From contig NC_086097.1 in NCBI RefSeq assembly GCF_963921235.1, positions 80,354,001 to 80,418,000 on the forward strand: 64,000 bases of DNA, written 5' to 3'. Source of the stretch: Mobula hypostoma (taxonomy: Eukaryota). Both the position numbers and the translations under genes were made by a program. Shown in pieces: positions 12,051 to 22,494 of this stretch. Each line of letters opens with the position of its first letter. The first letter of the stretch is position 1. The notes below the pieces were generated by a model, which worked only from the letters and a program-made list of their open reading frames with translations, searched no databases and was not told the origin of the DNA.

Positions 12051-12201
12051 AAGGATTTTTACCGGGAGGTAAAAATTACAAACATGACTACATTATTTGA
12101 TACATACACAATATACAGCTATTTGGCTAACACAGCGAGTTTGAAGCTGTCAACACCTTGACAGACAGTCATCACATTTTCTGTTCCTTTTACACGTGTT
12201 A

Positions 12202-12884
12202 TTAATAATTCCTTAGACCAGGCTCCAACTCAGCAAACTTCCTAGTGGCCAAAAACACTGATGAATTGCGACCAATGTAACCTCTCATTTGGTTTTGTCC
12301 CAGACCACAACAGCAAGGGTCGTCCCATTCCGACTCAATTTTCTCTCGCAAGGGCTTAGTAGGAGGGGGACGGGTATTGACCGCAGAGTTATTGCAAAAC
12401 TTCCTGCAGTACCCCACCATCACCAAGAGCCTTCTGAGGGCCCTCTTGTCTGTCGGGGTTGGGAGATCAGCGATAGCCTGCACTGTAGCTTGCATCGCTG
12501 CCAGCTGCCCCTGTGTCACCACAATTCCCAGGTAAGTGACCCTCGTGTGGCCGAATTCATTTTTTTCAAGGTTCACTATCAAACTGGCTTCAGACAGCCG
12601 TATTAAATTGCCAATACACACCTCTGTGTTCATCAGCCCTTTAGTCACTGAATTACTCAAAAAATATGGGTGTTGTTTACTTGGCTGCCCTATTGTAACC
12701 ACAATCACCCAACGTCCCAGTTCTTTGCATTTCCTCGGGACAATCAAACACATGGGTGCGAGTCGTTTAATTACTCCTTCTAAAGATTCGCTTTGTTCGG
12801 GGATTAAGGGAGAGACCTTATCAGTAGACCTGGCCAAAACAATAGCCTTCTCCCATCTGACCGATCCCATCCTAATCTTTTCAA
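12202..12884 (-). pseudogene. Truncated Pol (RT thumb/connection) remnant of the LTR element
   Basis: LIVNLEKNEFGHTRVTYLGIVV...QAIADLPTPTDKRALRRLLVMVGYCRKFC resembles the Gypsy RT C-terminal region. No YxDD motif is present. It is in frame with the Gag ORF once the Penelope insertion is removed. Confidence 0.75.
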
Positions 12885-12947
12885 GCAACATACATCAAAG
12901 TTGCTGGTGAACGCAGCAGGCCAAGCAGCATCTATAGGAAGAGGTGC

Positions 12948-12983
12948 AGTCGACGTTTCAGGCCGAGACCCTTCGTCAGGACT
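12948..12983 (-). ncRNA. Minimal type I hammerhead ribozyme, core intact
   Basis: AGTC-CTGACGA-AGG-GTCTCGG-CCT-GAAA-C-GTC-GACT: stem I AGTC/GACT, core CUGANGA and GAAA, palindromic stem III (ACGT), GUC cleavage triplet. Confidence 0.85.
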
Positions 12984-13273
12984 AACTGAAGGAAGAGTGA
13001 GTAAGGGATTTGAAAGCTGGAGGGGGAGGGGGAGATGCAAAATGATAGAAGACAGGAGGGGGAGGGATAGAGCCGAGAGCTGGACAGGTGATAGGCAAAA
13101 GGGGATACGAGAGGATCATGGGACAGGAGGTCCGGGAAGAAAGACGGGGGGGGGGTGACCCAGAGGATGGGCAAGAGGTATATTCAGAGGGACAGAGGGA
13201 GAAAAAGGAGAGTGAGAGAAAGAATGTGTGCATAAAAATGAGTAACAGCTGGGGTACGAGGGGGAGGTGGGGC

Positions 13274-13600
13274 CTAGCGGAAGTTAGAGAAGTCAATGTT
13301 CATGCCATCAGGTTGGAGGCTACCCAGACGGAATATAAGGTGTTGTTCCTCCAACCTGAGTGTGGCTTCATCTTTACAGTAGAGGAGGCCGTGGATAGAC
13401 ATGTCAGAATGGGAATGGGATGTGGAATTAAAATGTGTGGCCACTGGGAGATCCTGCTTTCTCTGGCGGACAGAGCGTAGATGTTCAGCAAAGCGGTCTC
13501 CCAGTCTGCGTTGGGTCTCACCAATATATAAAAGGCCACATCGGGAGCACCGGACGCAGTATATTACCCCAGTCGACTCACAGGTGAAGTGATGCCTCAC
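13274..13600 (-). CDS. GIY-YIG endonuclease domain of the Penelope-like element (partial ORF)
   Basis: GVIYCVRCSRCGLLYIGETQRRLGDRFAEH...LPVATHFN...LEEQHLIFRLGSLQPDGMN. Confidence 0.85.
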   Translation of the reverse strand: MRHHFTCESTGVIYCVRCSRCGLLYIGETQRRLGDRFAEHLRSVRQRKQDLPVATHFNSTSHSHSDMSIHGLLYCKDEATLRLEEQHLIFRLGSLQPDGMNIDFSNFR

Positions 13601-15969
13601 CTGGAAGGACTGTTTGGGGCCCTGAATGGTGGTAAGGGAGGAAGTGTAAGGGCATGTGTTTCAAAATGGTTTTTTCCTCTTATCAGGGGGCCCCTAGCTT
13701 CATTGATTTCCACGCTAACACCGACTAGGTTTGTTAGCATATCAAAAGCCGGTGACCGTCTCAGTTCGCGTCGGTCATGATCAATAACATTTTTCCCCCT
13801 GGGCAGCCGGTAAACCTCTTTCATGATTCCACCAACTGTTTCCTCCAGCACCGCAAAATGTCCACCGGGGGGTACCTCGTGGGCCATGTTAAAAACCTCA
13901 TCCCCATAACTCTTTTGCACCACCCCCCACTCCTCATCTGCGGATACTGTACTTGATTTCCCTTTCTTCCTTAGCACTTCCTCATCCGCACAATAGCCTA
14001 CTAGTTCCCTTGTTAAAGCTGTGTCAGAGAGAGCGGTCTCTGCCACAACCATCATCCCCTCGTCTCGCTCCTGCGTCTGCACAAATTCTTTCCCGGCTAC
14101 TGCTACGTCCGTCCCAGCTCCCTCACTACCTCTTGTCTCACTACACCCTATCTCATACAAGGTTGGCAGAAATGTTTCAGCTAAATTCATGTCGGCCTCT
14201 GCAGCTTTCCTCGCCATCCGCCGAGTTACTGCGCAAACGGGATAAACCTGCGAGTCCACAGGCGGGGCCTCCATGCTAGCAGGCTGACCTGTCAATCTCA
14301 CGACTGGGAACACAATTCCTCCGGCGATGTCATTACCGAGCAAGACTTCCACGTCTTTCATCGGTAATTCGGACCTCACCCCGACCGTGACTAGTCCAGA
14401 GACCAGGTTGCTTTGTAAGTGTATCTGGTGCAAAGGGACTGACTCTGTCCCTTCCCCAACACCTTTGACCTCTACCTCCCCAGTCTGGGTCTCTGAGCTA
14501 AACTCTAATACACTCTTCAGTATTAGTGACTGACACGCTCCCGTGTCTCTCCAGATCCGCACTGGAACTGGTTTTAACCCCTCCTTCACTGACACCAATC
14601 CGGCCGAGACAAACCTCTCGCGCCCTTCCTGAACTTTTTCAGACCTATCCTTCCCTAGCGGTTCGCTTAACAGCTCAATACAGCCATTCCAAATTTCCGC
14701 TTTTCCTTTCCCCGTCTCCTTCCTTGGGGCAAAGCACCTGGACGCAAAGTGTCCGGCTTTCCCACAATTATAACACACGACCCCAGGAGACTTCCTACCA
14801 GAATGCACCCGGTCTACCTTATCCTTTTCACTAGTCCCCGGCTTACTTTCTGACTTTTCCGGCGGACTCTCCCCGCCGTCCTGACTACCCTTCTGGTAGC
14901 CTTTACTCGGGGAAAACTTCATTTTATGCGTCAACGCATACTCATCCGCTAACTTAGCAGTTGCGGCTAACGTGGCTGCCTCTTTCTCATCGAGGTAGGG
15001 TCTCATACCCTCAGGGACACAACCTTTAAACTGCTCAATCAGGATCAGTTGTAGCAGTCTGTCATAATCCCCCTCTACCCCCTTCGAGGCGCACCAACGC
15101 TCACAATATGTTTGCATCTCACGGGCAAACTCCAAATACGTGCGGTCCCCCTGCTTCCTCGCATTCCGGAATCTCTGCCGGTATGCCTCCGGGACCAACT
15201 CATAAATCCTGAGGATGGCCTCTTTCACAACCTCATACCTCTGGGCATCTTCCGCGGACAAAGCTGAGTAAGCTTCTTGGGCCTTCCCTTTCAGTACACT
15301 CTGAAGTAAAACAACCCACTTATCCCTCGGCCAGTCCTGACTTATAGCCACCTTTTCGAAGTGGAGAAAGTACCGATCCACGTCGGTATCGTCAAATGGG
15401 GGAACCAGCCTAACCTCCTGGGTCGCCCGGAACCCTCCACCTTGGTTCGGCACGAGCCCCTGCTCGGCCCTTATCCTTAACTTTTCCAGCTCAAATTCCC
15501 TTTCCCTCTGTTTCTCTGTCTCTTCTCGCTCCCATTGCCTCTCTTTCTCCTCTCTCTCTAACTGTCTGTCCCTCTCTCTCTGTTCTCTCTCCAACTGTCT
15601 TTCTCTCTCTTGCCTTTCTACCTCTTTCTCTTTCTCCCGCCTTTCTAACTCTCTCTCCTGCCTTTCTAACTGCTTCTCTTCGTGTTCTAACTGCCGTACC
15701 CGGAACTCGTGCTCGAGTCTCAGTTTTTCAAGCTGTACCTGTACCGTGTCTTCAGCAGGTTTTTCAATAGACACCACCCCCAGCTCACCTTGGGGAAACA
15801 CACCTTTAGATACATAGTGCTCTACAATAGCTCTGTGTATCTCCTCTCTCCTCATTGTCAACTTCACCTTAGCAAGATTCAACCGTTTGGCCACAGCTAA
15901 CAATTCCGATTTCCTGGCATCCTCTAATGCCTCCAAGGTCGGCGCCTTTATAAATTCCTCAGCCTCCAT
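13597..15969 (-). CDS. Gmr1-like Gag-protease polyprotein (coiled coil, SCAN-like capsid, CCHC knuckle, aspartic protease, integrase zinc-finger remnant)
   Basis: 790-aa ORF with an E/R-rich coiled coil, YFLHFEKVA..WPRDKW, LILIEQFKGCVP (SCAN-like), CYNCGKAGHFASRC, RDTGACQSLI, VLLGND and AHEVPPGGHF. The last 20 aa derive from the Penelope insertion. Confidence 0.9.
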   Translation of the reverse strand: MEAEEFIKAPTLEALEDARKSELLAVAKRLNLAKVKLTMRREEIHRAIVEHYVSKGVFPQGELGVVSIEKPAEDTVQVQLEKLRLEHEFRVRQLEHEEKQLERQERELERREKEKEVERQERERQLEREQRERDRQLEREEKERQWEREETEKQREREFELEKLRIRAEQGLVPNQGGGFRATQEVRLVPPFDDTDVDRYFLHFEKVAISQDWPRDKWVVLLQSVLKGKAQEAYSALSAEDAQRYEVVKEAILRIYELVPEAYRQRFRNARKQGDRTYLEFAREMQTYCERWCASKGVEGDYDRLLQLILIEQFKGCVPEGMRPYLDEKEAATLAATAKLADEYALTHKMKFSPSKGYQKGSQDGGESPPEKSESKPGTSEKDKVDRVHSGRKSPGVVCYNCGKAGHFASRCFAPRKETGKGKAEIWNGCIELLSEPLGKDRSEKVQEGRERFVSAGLVSVKEGLKPVPVRIWRDTGACQSLILKSVLEFSSETQTGEVEVKGVGEGTESVPLHQIHLQSNLVSGLVTVGVRSELPMKDVEVLLGNDIAGGIVFPVVRLTGQPASMEAPPVDSQVYPVCAVTRRMARKAAEADMNLAETFLPTLYEIGCSETRGSEGAGTDVAVAGKEFVQTQERDEGMMVVAETALSDTALTRELVGYCADEEVLRKKGKSSTVSADEEWGVVQKSYGDEVFNMAHEVPPGGHFAVLEETVGGIMKEVYRLPRGKNVIDHDRRELRRSPAFDMLTNLVGVSVEINEARGPLIRGKNHFETHALTLPPLPPFRAPNSPSR

Positions 15970-16039
15970 TTCTGCTGTTTGTCTTTTCTTTCTTTCGGGA
16001 ATTTTAACCCAATCAATTTACTCCGTCCCAAATTTAGCG

Positions 16040-16064
16040 TTCAAAATCGCGGACGAGAACCCCA
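16040..16064 (-). other. Primer-binding site, tRNA-Pro-like
   Basis: TGGGGTTCTCGTCCGCGATTTTGAA begins 4 nt inside the 5' LTR boundary and resembles the complement of the tRNA-Pro 3' end (TGGGGGCTCGTCCGGGATTTGAA). Confidence 0.75.
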
Positions 16065-16068
16065 CTTA

Positions 16069-16922
16069 TGTTACGTACCCCGTAACTGGGTTGCCAAACC
16101 AGCAGAAATGGATCACTCAGTTGGAGTCTGGAGTACCAGAACTAAGAAAGTTTTATTAAAGAAACAAACAACACAGTAATCGAAAGGATAATAAATGCAA
16201 CAGTTCAACAATGATAACCACTCATGCGCACAGAATTAAGATAACAGCATCAATCAAGCTCTATCGGTGTCCAGGGGTAAATGACCAAATTTCAAAATGA
16301 CTCAAAGTTCAGTCCAGTTCAGTTCGCAGTAATCGTTGCCATGGCGATGGACAACGTGGGGGAAGAGAGAGATAGAAGAGGAACAACTGGTCATTCAGAA
16401 CACAGCTTCACTCACAGACCGGCGAAATTGCTCACAAGCAACTTTTGGGCGGGTCCTTGGTGATGTCACCTGAGGTCACCGACTGTGACCCCTCCTCCAG
16501 ATGCGGTCGATCCTCTGCAGTGAACCCAGCACCCAGACAAGGGCGGACACACACCGGGTTCCCGCTGATCGTACCTTTCCACCCTGGTCGTTGTCTGGTA
16601 CTTCTCACCCACTCGTGAGAGGCGCACCGCTTCCAGGGTCTCGTTACCTCGGGTGGCGTGTGTCCCGCCCTAGCAAACCGGTCCCCTCTCATCTCCCCGC
16701 TGGGGCACCGCCCGTCCACCACTTCAAACAGTTCAGGGTTCAAAGGGGGGAGCCATTCCAGACAGCTCTCCCTCCCACGTCCCTGCATTACACATCTCCA
16801 GACGCTGCTCCATTGTTCCTTATCTCTCCTTCCCCTGAGGGCAGGTGGCAGACCAACTGCTGATGTCACTGATGCTAACCCAGGCCAGCAAACATCTTAA
16901 TTTTATGTGTATTCTCGTAACA
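16069..16922 (-). repeat. 5' LTR of the Gmr1-like element
   Basis: Direct repeat of 11185-12038, adjacent to the PBS. Confidence 0.95.
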
Positions 16923-18844
16923 CAGTGTAGACTATACCCCAACACTGTCTAAGTTTTGTCCTCAACTCATAATCTTCTAATTCAGAGCTATTGGTCTCAC
17001 ATGCAATAGAATTGTCCAATGAAGCAATCTTAAGGAAAATAAAGCAGAAATCTGAAAGCTGCGCAGAAATGGCATTCAAAAAGAAAAGAACTTATAAATA
17101 TCGACATGGAAAAGCATAAAAGCAAAAAAGAGGGCATACAATACAACAAAAATTAATGGGAAGATGGAGGATTGGGAAATTTTTAATAGCAATCAGAATA
17201 CAACTTAAAAAGCAGTAAGGAGAGAAACGATGAAATGTGAAGGTAAGCAAGCCAATAATAGAAAAGAACATACCTGAAGATTTTTCAGATACTGTATATA
17301 AAGAGTAAAAAAGAGTGATCATTGGATCACCGGAAAATAATACTGGAGAGGTTGTAATGGTGGAGGAAATATATAAGTAGCTTGCATCAGTCTTCACTGT
17401 GGAAGACACCAGCTGTATGCCAAAAATTCAAGCGTGTCAGAGAGATGAAGTGAGTGTAAATGATATTATTTAGGAGAATGTGCTTGAGAGCTGAAAGGTT
17501 GGAAGGTAGATAAGTCACCTGGACCTGATGGATTACACCCCAAGGTTTTGAAAGACGTAACTGAAAAGATTGTGGAGGCATTAGTAGTGATCTTTCAAGA
17601 ATTACTAGATCTTGGAATGGTTCTGGAGGACTGGAAAATTGCAAATGTCACTCCACTCTTTCAGAATTGAGGGGGGCAGAAGAGAGGAAATTATAGGCCA
17701 ATTAGCCTGACCACAGTGTTTGCTAAGATGTTAGAGTCCATTATTAAGGATGAGATTACAGGGTACTTTGAGGCACATGATAAAATAGGCTAAAGTCAGC
17801 ATGGCTTCCTTAAGGGAATATCTTGTCTGACAATCTGTTAGAATTCTTTGATGAAGAAATGGGTAGGATGGACAAAGAGTCAGTGGATGTTGTTCATTTG
17901 AATTTTCACATGAGGCTGCTAAAAAAGATAGAACTCCATAGTGTTACAGGACAGATACTAGCGTGGACAGAAGATTGGCTGACTAGTAGAAGGCAAAGTG
18001 TGGAAATAAAGTGGACCTTTTCTGGTTGGCCCCCGGTGACTAGTACTTTTCGTGTTACATATCAATGATTTAGATAATGGAATTGGTGGCTTCATGGCCA
18101 AGTTAGTGGATGATACAAAAATAGATGGAAGAGCAGATAGAGTTGAGGAAGCAGGGAGTCTGCAGAAGAACTTGGAAAGATGAGGAGAATGGGCAAAGAA
18201 GTGGCAGATGGAATACAGTGAGGGAAGTATATGGTCATGCAGTTTGGTAGAGAGAATAAAGGCACAGACTATTTTCTGAAGGGAGACCAAATTCAGAACT
18301 CAGTGATGCAAAGGAACTTAGGAGTCCTAGTACTGGATTCCTTCATGGTTAGCTTGCAGGTTAAGTGAGTTTTGAAGGAGTCAAATGCAATGTTTGCATG
18401 CATTTCAAGAAGACTAGAATATAAAAGCAAGGCTGTAGTGCTGAGGCTTTATAAGGCATTGGTCAGACCACATTTGCTGTACTATGAGCAGTTTTACATC
18501 CCTCATCTAAGGAAGGGTGTGCTGTCATTAGAGAGAGTCCAGAGGAAGTTTACAAGAATGATTCTAGGAATAAAGGATTTAATGTATGAACAGTAATTGA
18601 TGGCTCTGGGTTTGTACCTGTTGGGGTTTAGAAAAATAAAGGGGAACTCATTGAAATCTAGTAAATACTGAAAGGCCTGACTGACAGTGGACGTGGAGGG
18701 GATATTTTCAATAGTGGAAGAATCCAGAGCCATGGGACTTGCTTTTAGACCAGAAATGAGGAGGAATTTTTGTAGCCAGACGGTGGGGAATATGTGGAAT
18801 TTGTAGCCACAGATATCTGTGGAAAACCTGTCAGAGAGATAGTT

Positions 18845-19548
18845 AAAGGTTCAAAATAGTTCAAAGGTTCCTTTTATTGTCAAAGTATGCATGTACAATC
18901 CAACTTGGATATTGGTCTTCTCCAGATAGCCATGAAATACAGAAAGACCATGAGAGTTGAAGAAAGAAAAGAAGTCAACTCTCTCCTGCCCAGCACGAAA
19001 AAGAAACAAATCTCGCAAACCTTAAAGTCCTCACCCCCTCCCCGCAGAAAAAACAGTGACAATAGCATCAAATTCCCCACTCCTCCGTGCAGGAAAAAAG
19101 TGACAATAGCATCAAATTCCCCAACCCTCCCCGCAGAAAAAAACTGTGACAATAACAGTCCTCGATCCCCTCACTTGCAGAAAAGAACAGCGAAAATAAC
19201 AATCCCTGACTCACTCACGCAGAAAAATACAGCAACAACAACAATCCCTGACCCCCTCACTCACATAAAGAACAGCGACAATAGCACCAAACCCCCCCCC
19301 CCCAAAACCCCACCCCTCTTACACACAACGAATTAACAGGTCACCCACCCACCAATTGGCCACAAGAAAGAAAACACCAAAAAGTGAAGGAAACCAATAT
19401 AAACACAGTCCAATAATCACATAAATCCCAGAATATGGGAAACATCTTTTTTACCTGCATATGAAGAGAGTGGCCGCACGAACTCAGTCCTTTCATAAAG
19501 AGTGACTGCCAACCCTGGTGATGTGTTCATGAATAATAGCGGTGTTTT
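18845..19548 (-). repeat. Non-autonomous retroposon-like repeat containing an internal minisatellite
   Basis: Minus-strand 3' end carries AATAAA plus CCTTTGAAC-type tail repeats (18845-18880), similar to the tail at 24530-24551. It interrupts a CR1. Confidence 0.5.
19036..19295. repeat. Degenerate tandem repeat, unit about 42-45 bp, about 6 copies
   Basis: Recurring CCCTC(A/C)C(N)CGCAGAAAA(N)ACAG(C/T)GACAATA(G/A)CA units without unique spacers. Confidence 0.7.
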
Positions 19549-21419
19549 TTGGGGAGAAGGCAACAGAAGGGTTGAGAGGAAAATAAATGAGCCATGGTTG
19601 AACGACAGAGCAGACCCAGTGAGATGAGTGGCCTAAATTTGCTCCTCTGCCTTATGGTCTATTATTATGTTATTATATCGAAGAAATATTTATATTTATA
19701 TTTATATTTATGATTTATAATTTAAATTTTTAATATTTACCAATTCTAACTATTTTTAATATCTTTAATATTTAATATTTGTAATCCAGGGAGTGTGAAG
19801 CGCAGAATCAAATATTGCTGTGATGATTGTACGTTCTAGTAGCAGTTGTTTGGCAACAATAAAGTATAAAGTATTGAGGACAACTTTTTCTCTCCCTTCT
19901 CGGTTGCATTTCAAGCACATTAGTTATGTTTTTAGTTGGTTTTCATTGTTTGGTATGGAAACAGGAGAGCTCCAAACTTAACTCCCCTCCCTCCACCCAG
20001 TAACAACTACTCCCCACAACCAGAAGTTTGCGTGTTGCAAAAGGTGGCAGGTTTGATTGAAAAAGAATATAGAAGATGTCCTCGTCTGGATTAATCAAAT
20101 GCAAGTGGAAACTTTTTTTGTAATGCCATTTTCGCTTTGAGATTTGCCATTGTTCCTGTTTTTCTTCATTCCTGTTCAGATTTTCCCTTTGACATTCATC
20201 TCTTCTGTTACCATGGAGATTTTTTTTATTGCTCCCATTATAGTTGATATGTGACTATGAGGTGAGCAGCAGAAAAAGATCAGGTTCTGAGGGTTTCACA
20301 TGATTTTTGGGCCTGACCTTTGGATTACAGGGCCAAAAATAGTTGGGGATTGGAATGAAGCTGTCTGAAACTGCACATACAAACTGTCAGTCTGTCCACA
20401 TGGAAGGTTATTAAAGTTAAATAAAGTGTAAGTTTAACAAGTAGCTGGCAATTACAGAAAAACTTGTCCTGTATTGTTGCTGCTACTTTAATTATAGAGT
20501 ATTTGTATATGCAATTACAACATCACCCTAATTTTGTTGAAATGGTTCTGTACGTTTTTATCTTGGATTAATCTTACCTTTTTATTTACAGCATCTAGCA
20601 AAGTGCCAGCAGTAGAGGCTCACCAAAGCCCATTATTGTCAATAACATGAATCAAGAGCCGGACCTATAACCCGGTGCAGTGAATGTAGTGGGATGGATG
20701 AAGACAGCAGAAAATATGTGAAAAACATAAATAAATTAAGAGTAAAGCTAAGTTTTTTTCAAGATCAAATCCTGGTGGACCTAGTTAACCTAATATTAGT
20801 ACAGAAATGGAATAAACAGAATGGAAGGAAGCTTTTAAATCTACCCTCCCACTGCAATGTTAACTCTCTGCATGACTACACCTCCAACATTCAAAAACTT
20901 CTAAAAATGTTCAAAATCAATCATATACTTGAAATGCAAGAACACTGAGAAAATGAACATAATTTAAATCACATAATATTTGGTCTTTATCAAATGGCAA
21001 CCCAATTTTTTTGTTGTAACATTTTCCAATTCTTTACCAGCCTGACATTACGCTGACTAGCTGGCTGACAATTTCCAGGATTATAACTCCTCTGTGTTGG
21101 CATTACATTAACAATCTGCCTGCCCTTTAGCACTCTTCCTGTGCCTAATGAAGATTGAAAGGTCTTATCCATTGTAATTTCCATTTTATTCTTTTGATTA
21201 CTTTGGAAATGTGATAGACTAACTGTTTTGGATTTTGCTCATGTAGAAGGTAACAGAAGGAAGAGGGTAATATGAGGGAAGGTAACGACTCATTTCACAA
21301 AGAGCAGCAGCATAAATGACCAGAGAATATGTACCTTGCAATGATGATTGCAGGATATTTTTGGCCAAAGTTAAAGTAAATTTATTATCAAAGTACTGAC
21401 TGCATATGTTATATTTACA

Positions 21420-21866
21420 CATAGATCATTGCCCCACACACTCTGCTCATGGACTGTTTGTCCCACTCCCTTCAGTGAGGAGGCTATATAGCATTCATGC
21501 CAAGGCCACCAGATTCAAAAACAGTTACTTCCCCCAAGCAGTAAGGCTGATCAACACCTTCACTAACTCCACCAGTGTTTTATTATTTCCTATCAGTCAC
21601 CTTCTGTACAGCATAATATTACTTTATGGATATACAATCAATCTATGTTTATAAGTTATCTTATGTATTTCAATGTTCAATGTAAATCCAAGTACATATA
21701 TGCTGCCATATACAACCCTGAAATTCATTTTCTTGTGGGCATGCTCTATAAATCTATAATAGCATATTAACCATAATAGAATCAATGAAGGACCACACCT
21801 ACTTGGGTATTCAACCAATGTGCAAAAGACATCAAACTGTGCAAATACAATAAGAAAGAAATAATG

Positions 21867-21901
<35 letters not shown>

Positions 21902-22305
21902 TTAAACAATAAATATCAAGAACATAGGATGAAGAGTCCTTGAAGTGAATTCACAGGTTGTGGGAACATCTCAGTGATGGGGCAAGTGAAGCTGACTGAA
22001 GCTATCCCCTAAGGTTCAGGAGCCTGATGGTTGAGGGATAGTAACCGTTCCTGAACCTGGTGGAGTGAATCCTGAGGCTCCTGAACATTCTTCCTGCTTT
22101 CCTTTGACAACGTTCTGTGTAGAGGTGCTCGGTGGTGGGGAGGGGTTTACCAGTGATGTGCACAGCATGTTTATTGTGTGTTTTATTATTAGTATTAATG
22201 TGTTCTTTTATATTTTGTTGTTTTTGTGCTGCATCAGATTCGGAGCAACAATTATTTTGTCCTCCTTTACACTTGCTTACAGGAAATGACATTAATCAAT
22301 CTTGA
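21420..22305. mobile_element. Cluster of Rex1/Babar 3' fragments in both orientations
   Basis: LPSVRRLYSIHAKATRFKNSYFPQAVRLIN (+) and FRSLRIHSTRFRNGYYPSTIRLLN (-). Confidence 0.7.
21867..21897. repeat. (TAA)n microsatellite
   Basis: About 10 consecutive ATA/TAA units. Confidence 0.9.
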
Positions 22306-22494
22306 ACAAGAGAAAATCTGCAGATGCTGGAAAGCAAGCAATACACACAAAATGCTGGAAAATTTAGCAAGCCCATCTGCATCTATGGAAAAGAGTAAAC
22401 AGTCAACGTTTTGGGTTTGAACTTGATTTTGCTTGTGATTCATTTTCCTGCAGGCACTTATAGGAAGATAAAGAAATATAATAGAATTATTTTA

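Larger units (their letters stand above)
12885..13658 (-). mobile_element. Penelope-like element (Poseidon/Neptune type), 5'-truncated, inserted in the LTR element
   Basis: GIY-YIG ORF, pyrimidine-rich 3' region and hammerhead motif; flanked by TTTCAA at 12879-12884 and 13659-13664. Confidence 0.9.
11185..16922 (-). mobile_element. Gypsy LTR retrotransposon, Gmr1-like, internally deleted, young
   Basis: Two 854-bp LTRs (TGTTACG...CGTAACA), 4-bp TSD CAGT at 11181-11184 and 16923-16926, PBS, PPT and a Gag-protease ORF. Confidence 0.95.
17080..19662 (+). mobile_element. Degenerate CR1 LINE (17080-18830 plus 3' UTR 19550-19662) interrupted by another repeat
   Basis: DKSPGPDGLHP-, NLLEFF- and RLYKALVRPHL-type coding remnants; the 3' UTR resumes at GGGGAGAAGGC (about 19550). 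Confidence 0.8.

Noticed and set aside
13597..15969. Domesticated host SCAN/Gag-derived gene
   Set aside because: Flanked by two near-identical LTRs, PBS, PPT and TSD, so it is a retrotransposon ORF.
19036..19295. CRISPR-like array
   Set aside because: Units are degenerate tandem repeats without unique spacers; no cas genes; eukaryotic TE context.
20592..20650. Plus-strand terminal exon after TTTTATTTACAG
   Set aside because: Short unrecognisable peptide, no supporting upstream exon; such acceptor-like sites are common in AT-rich DNA.
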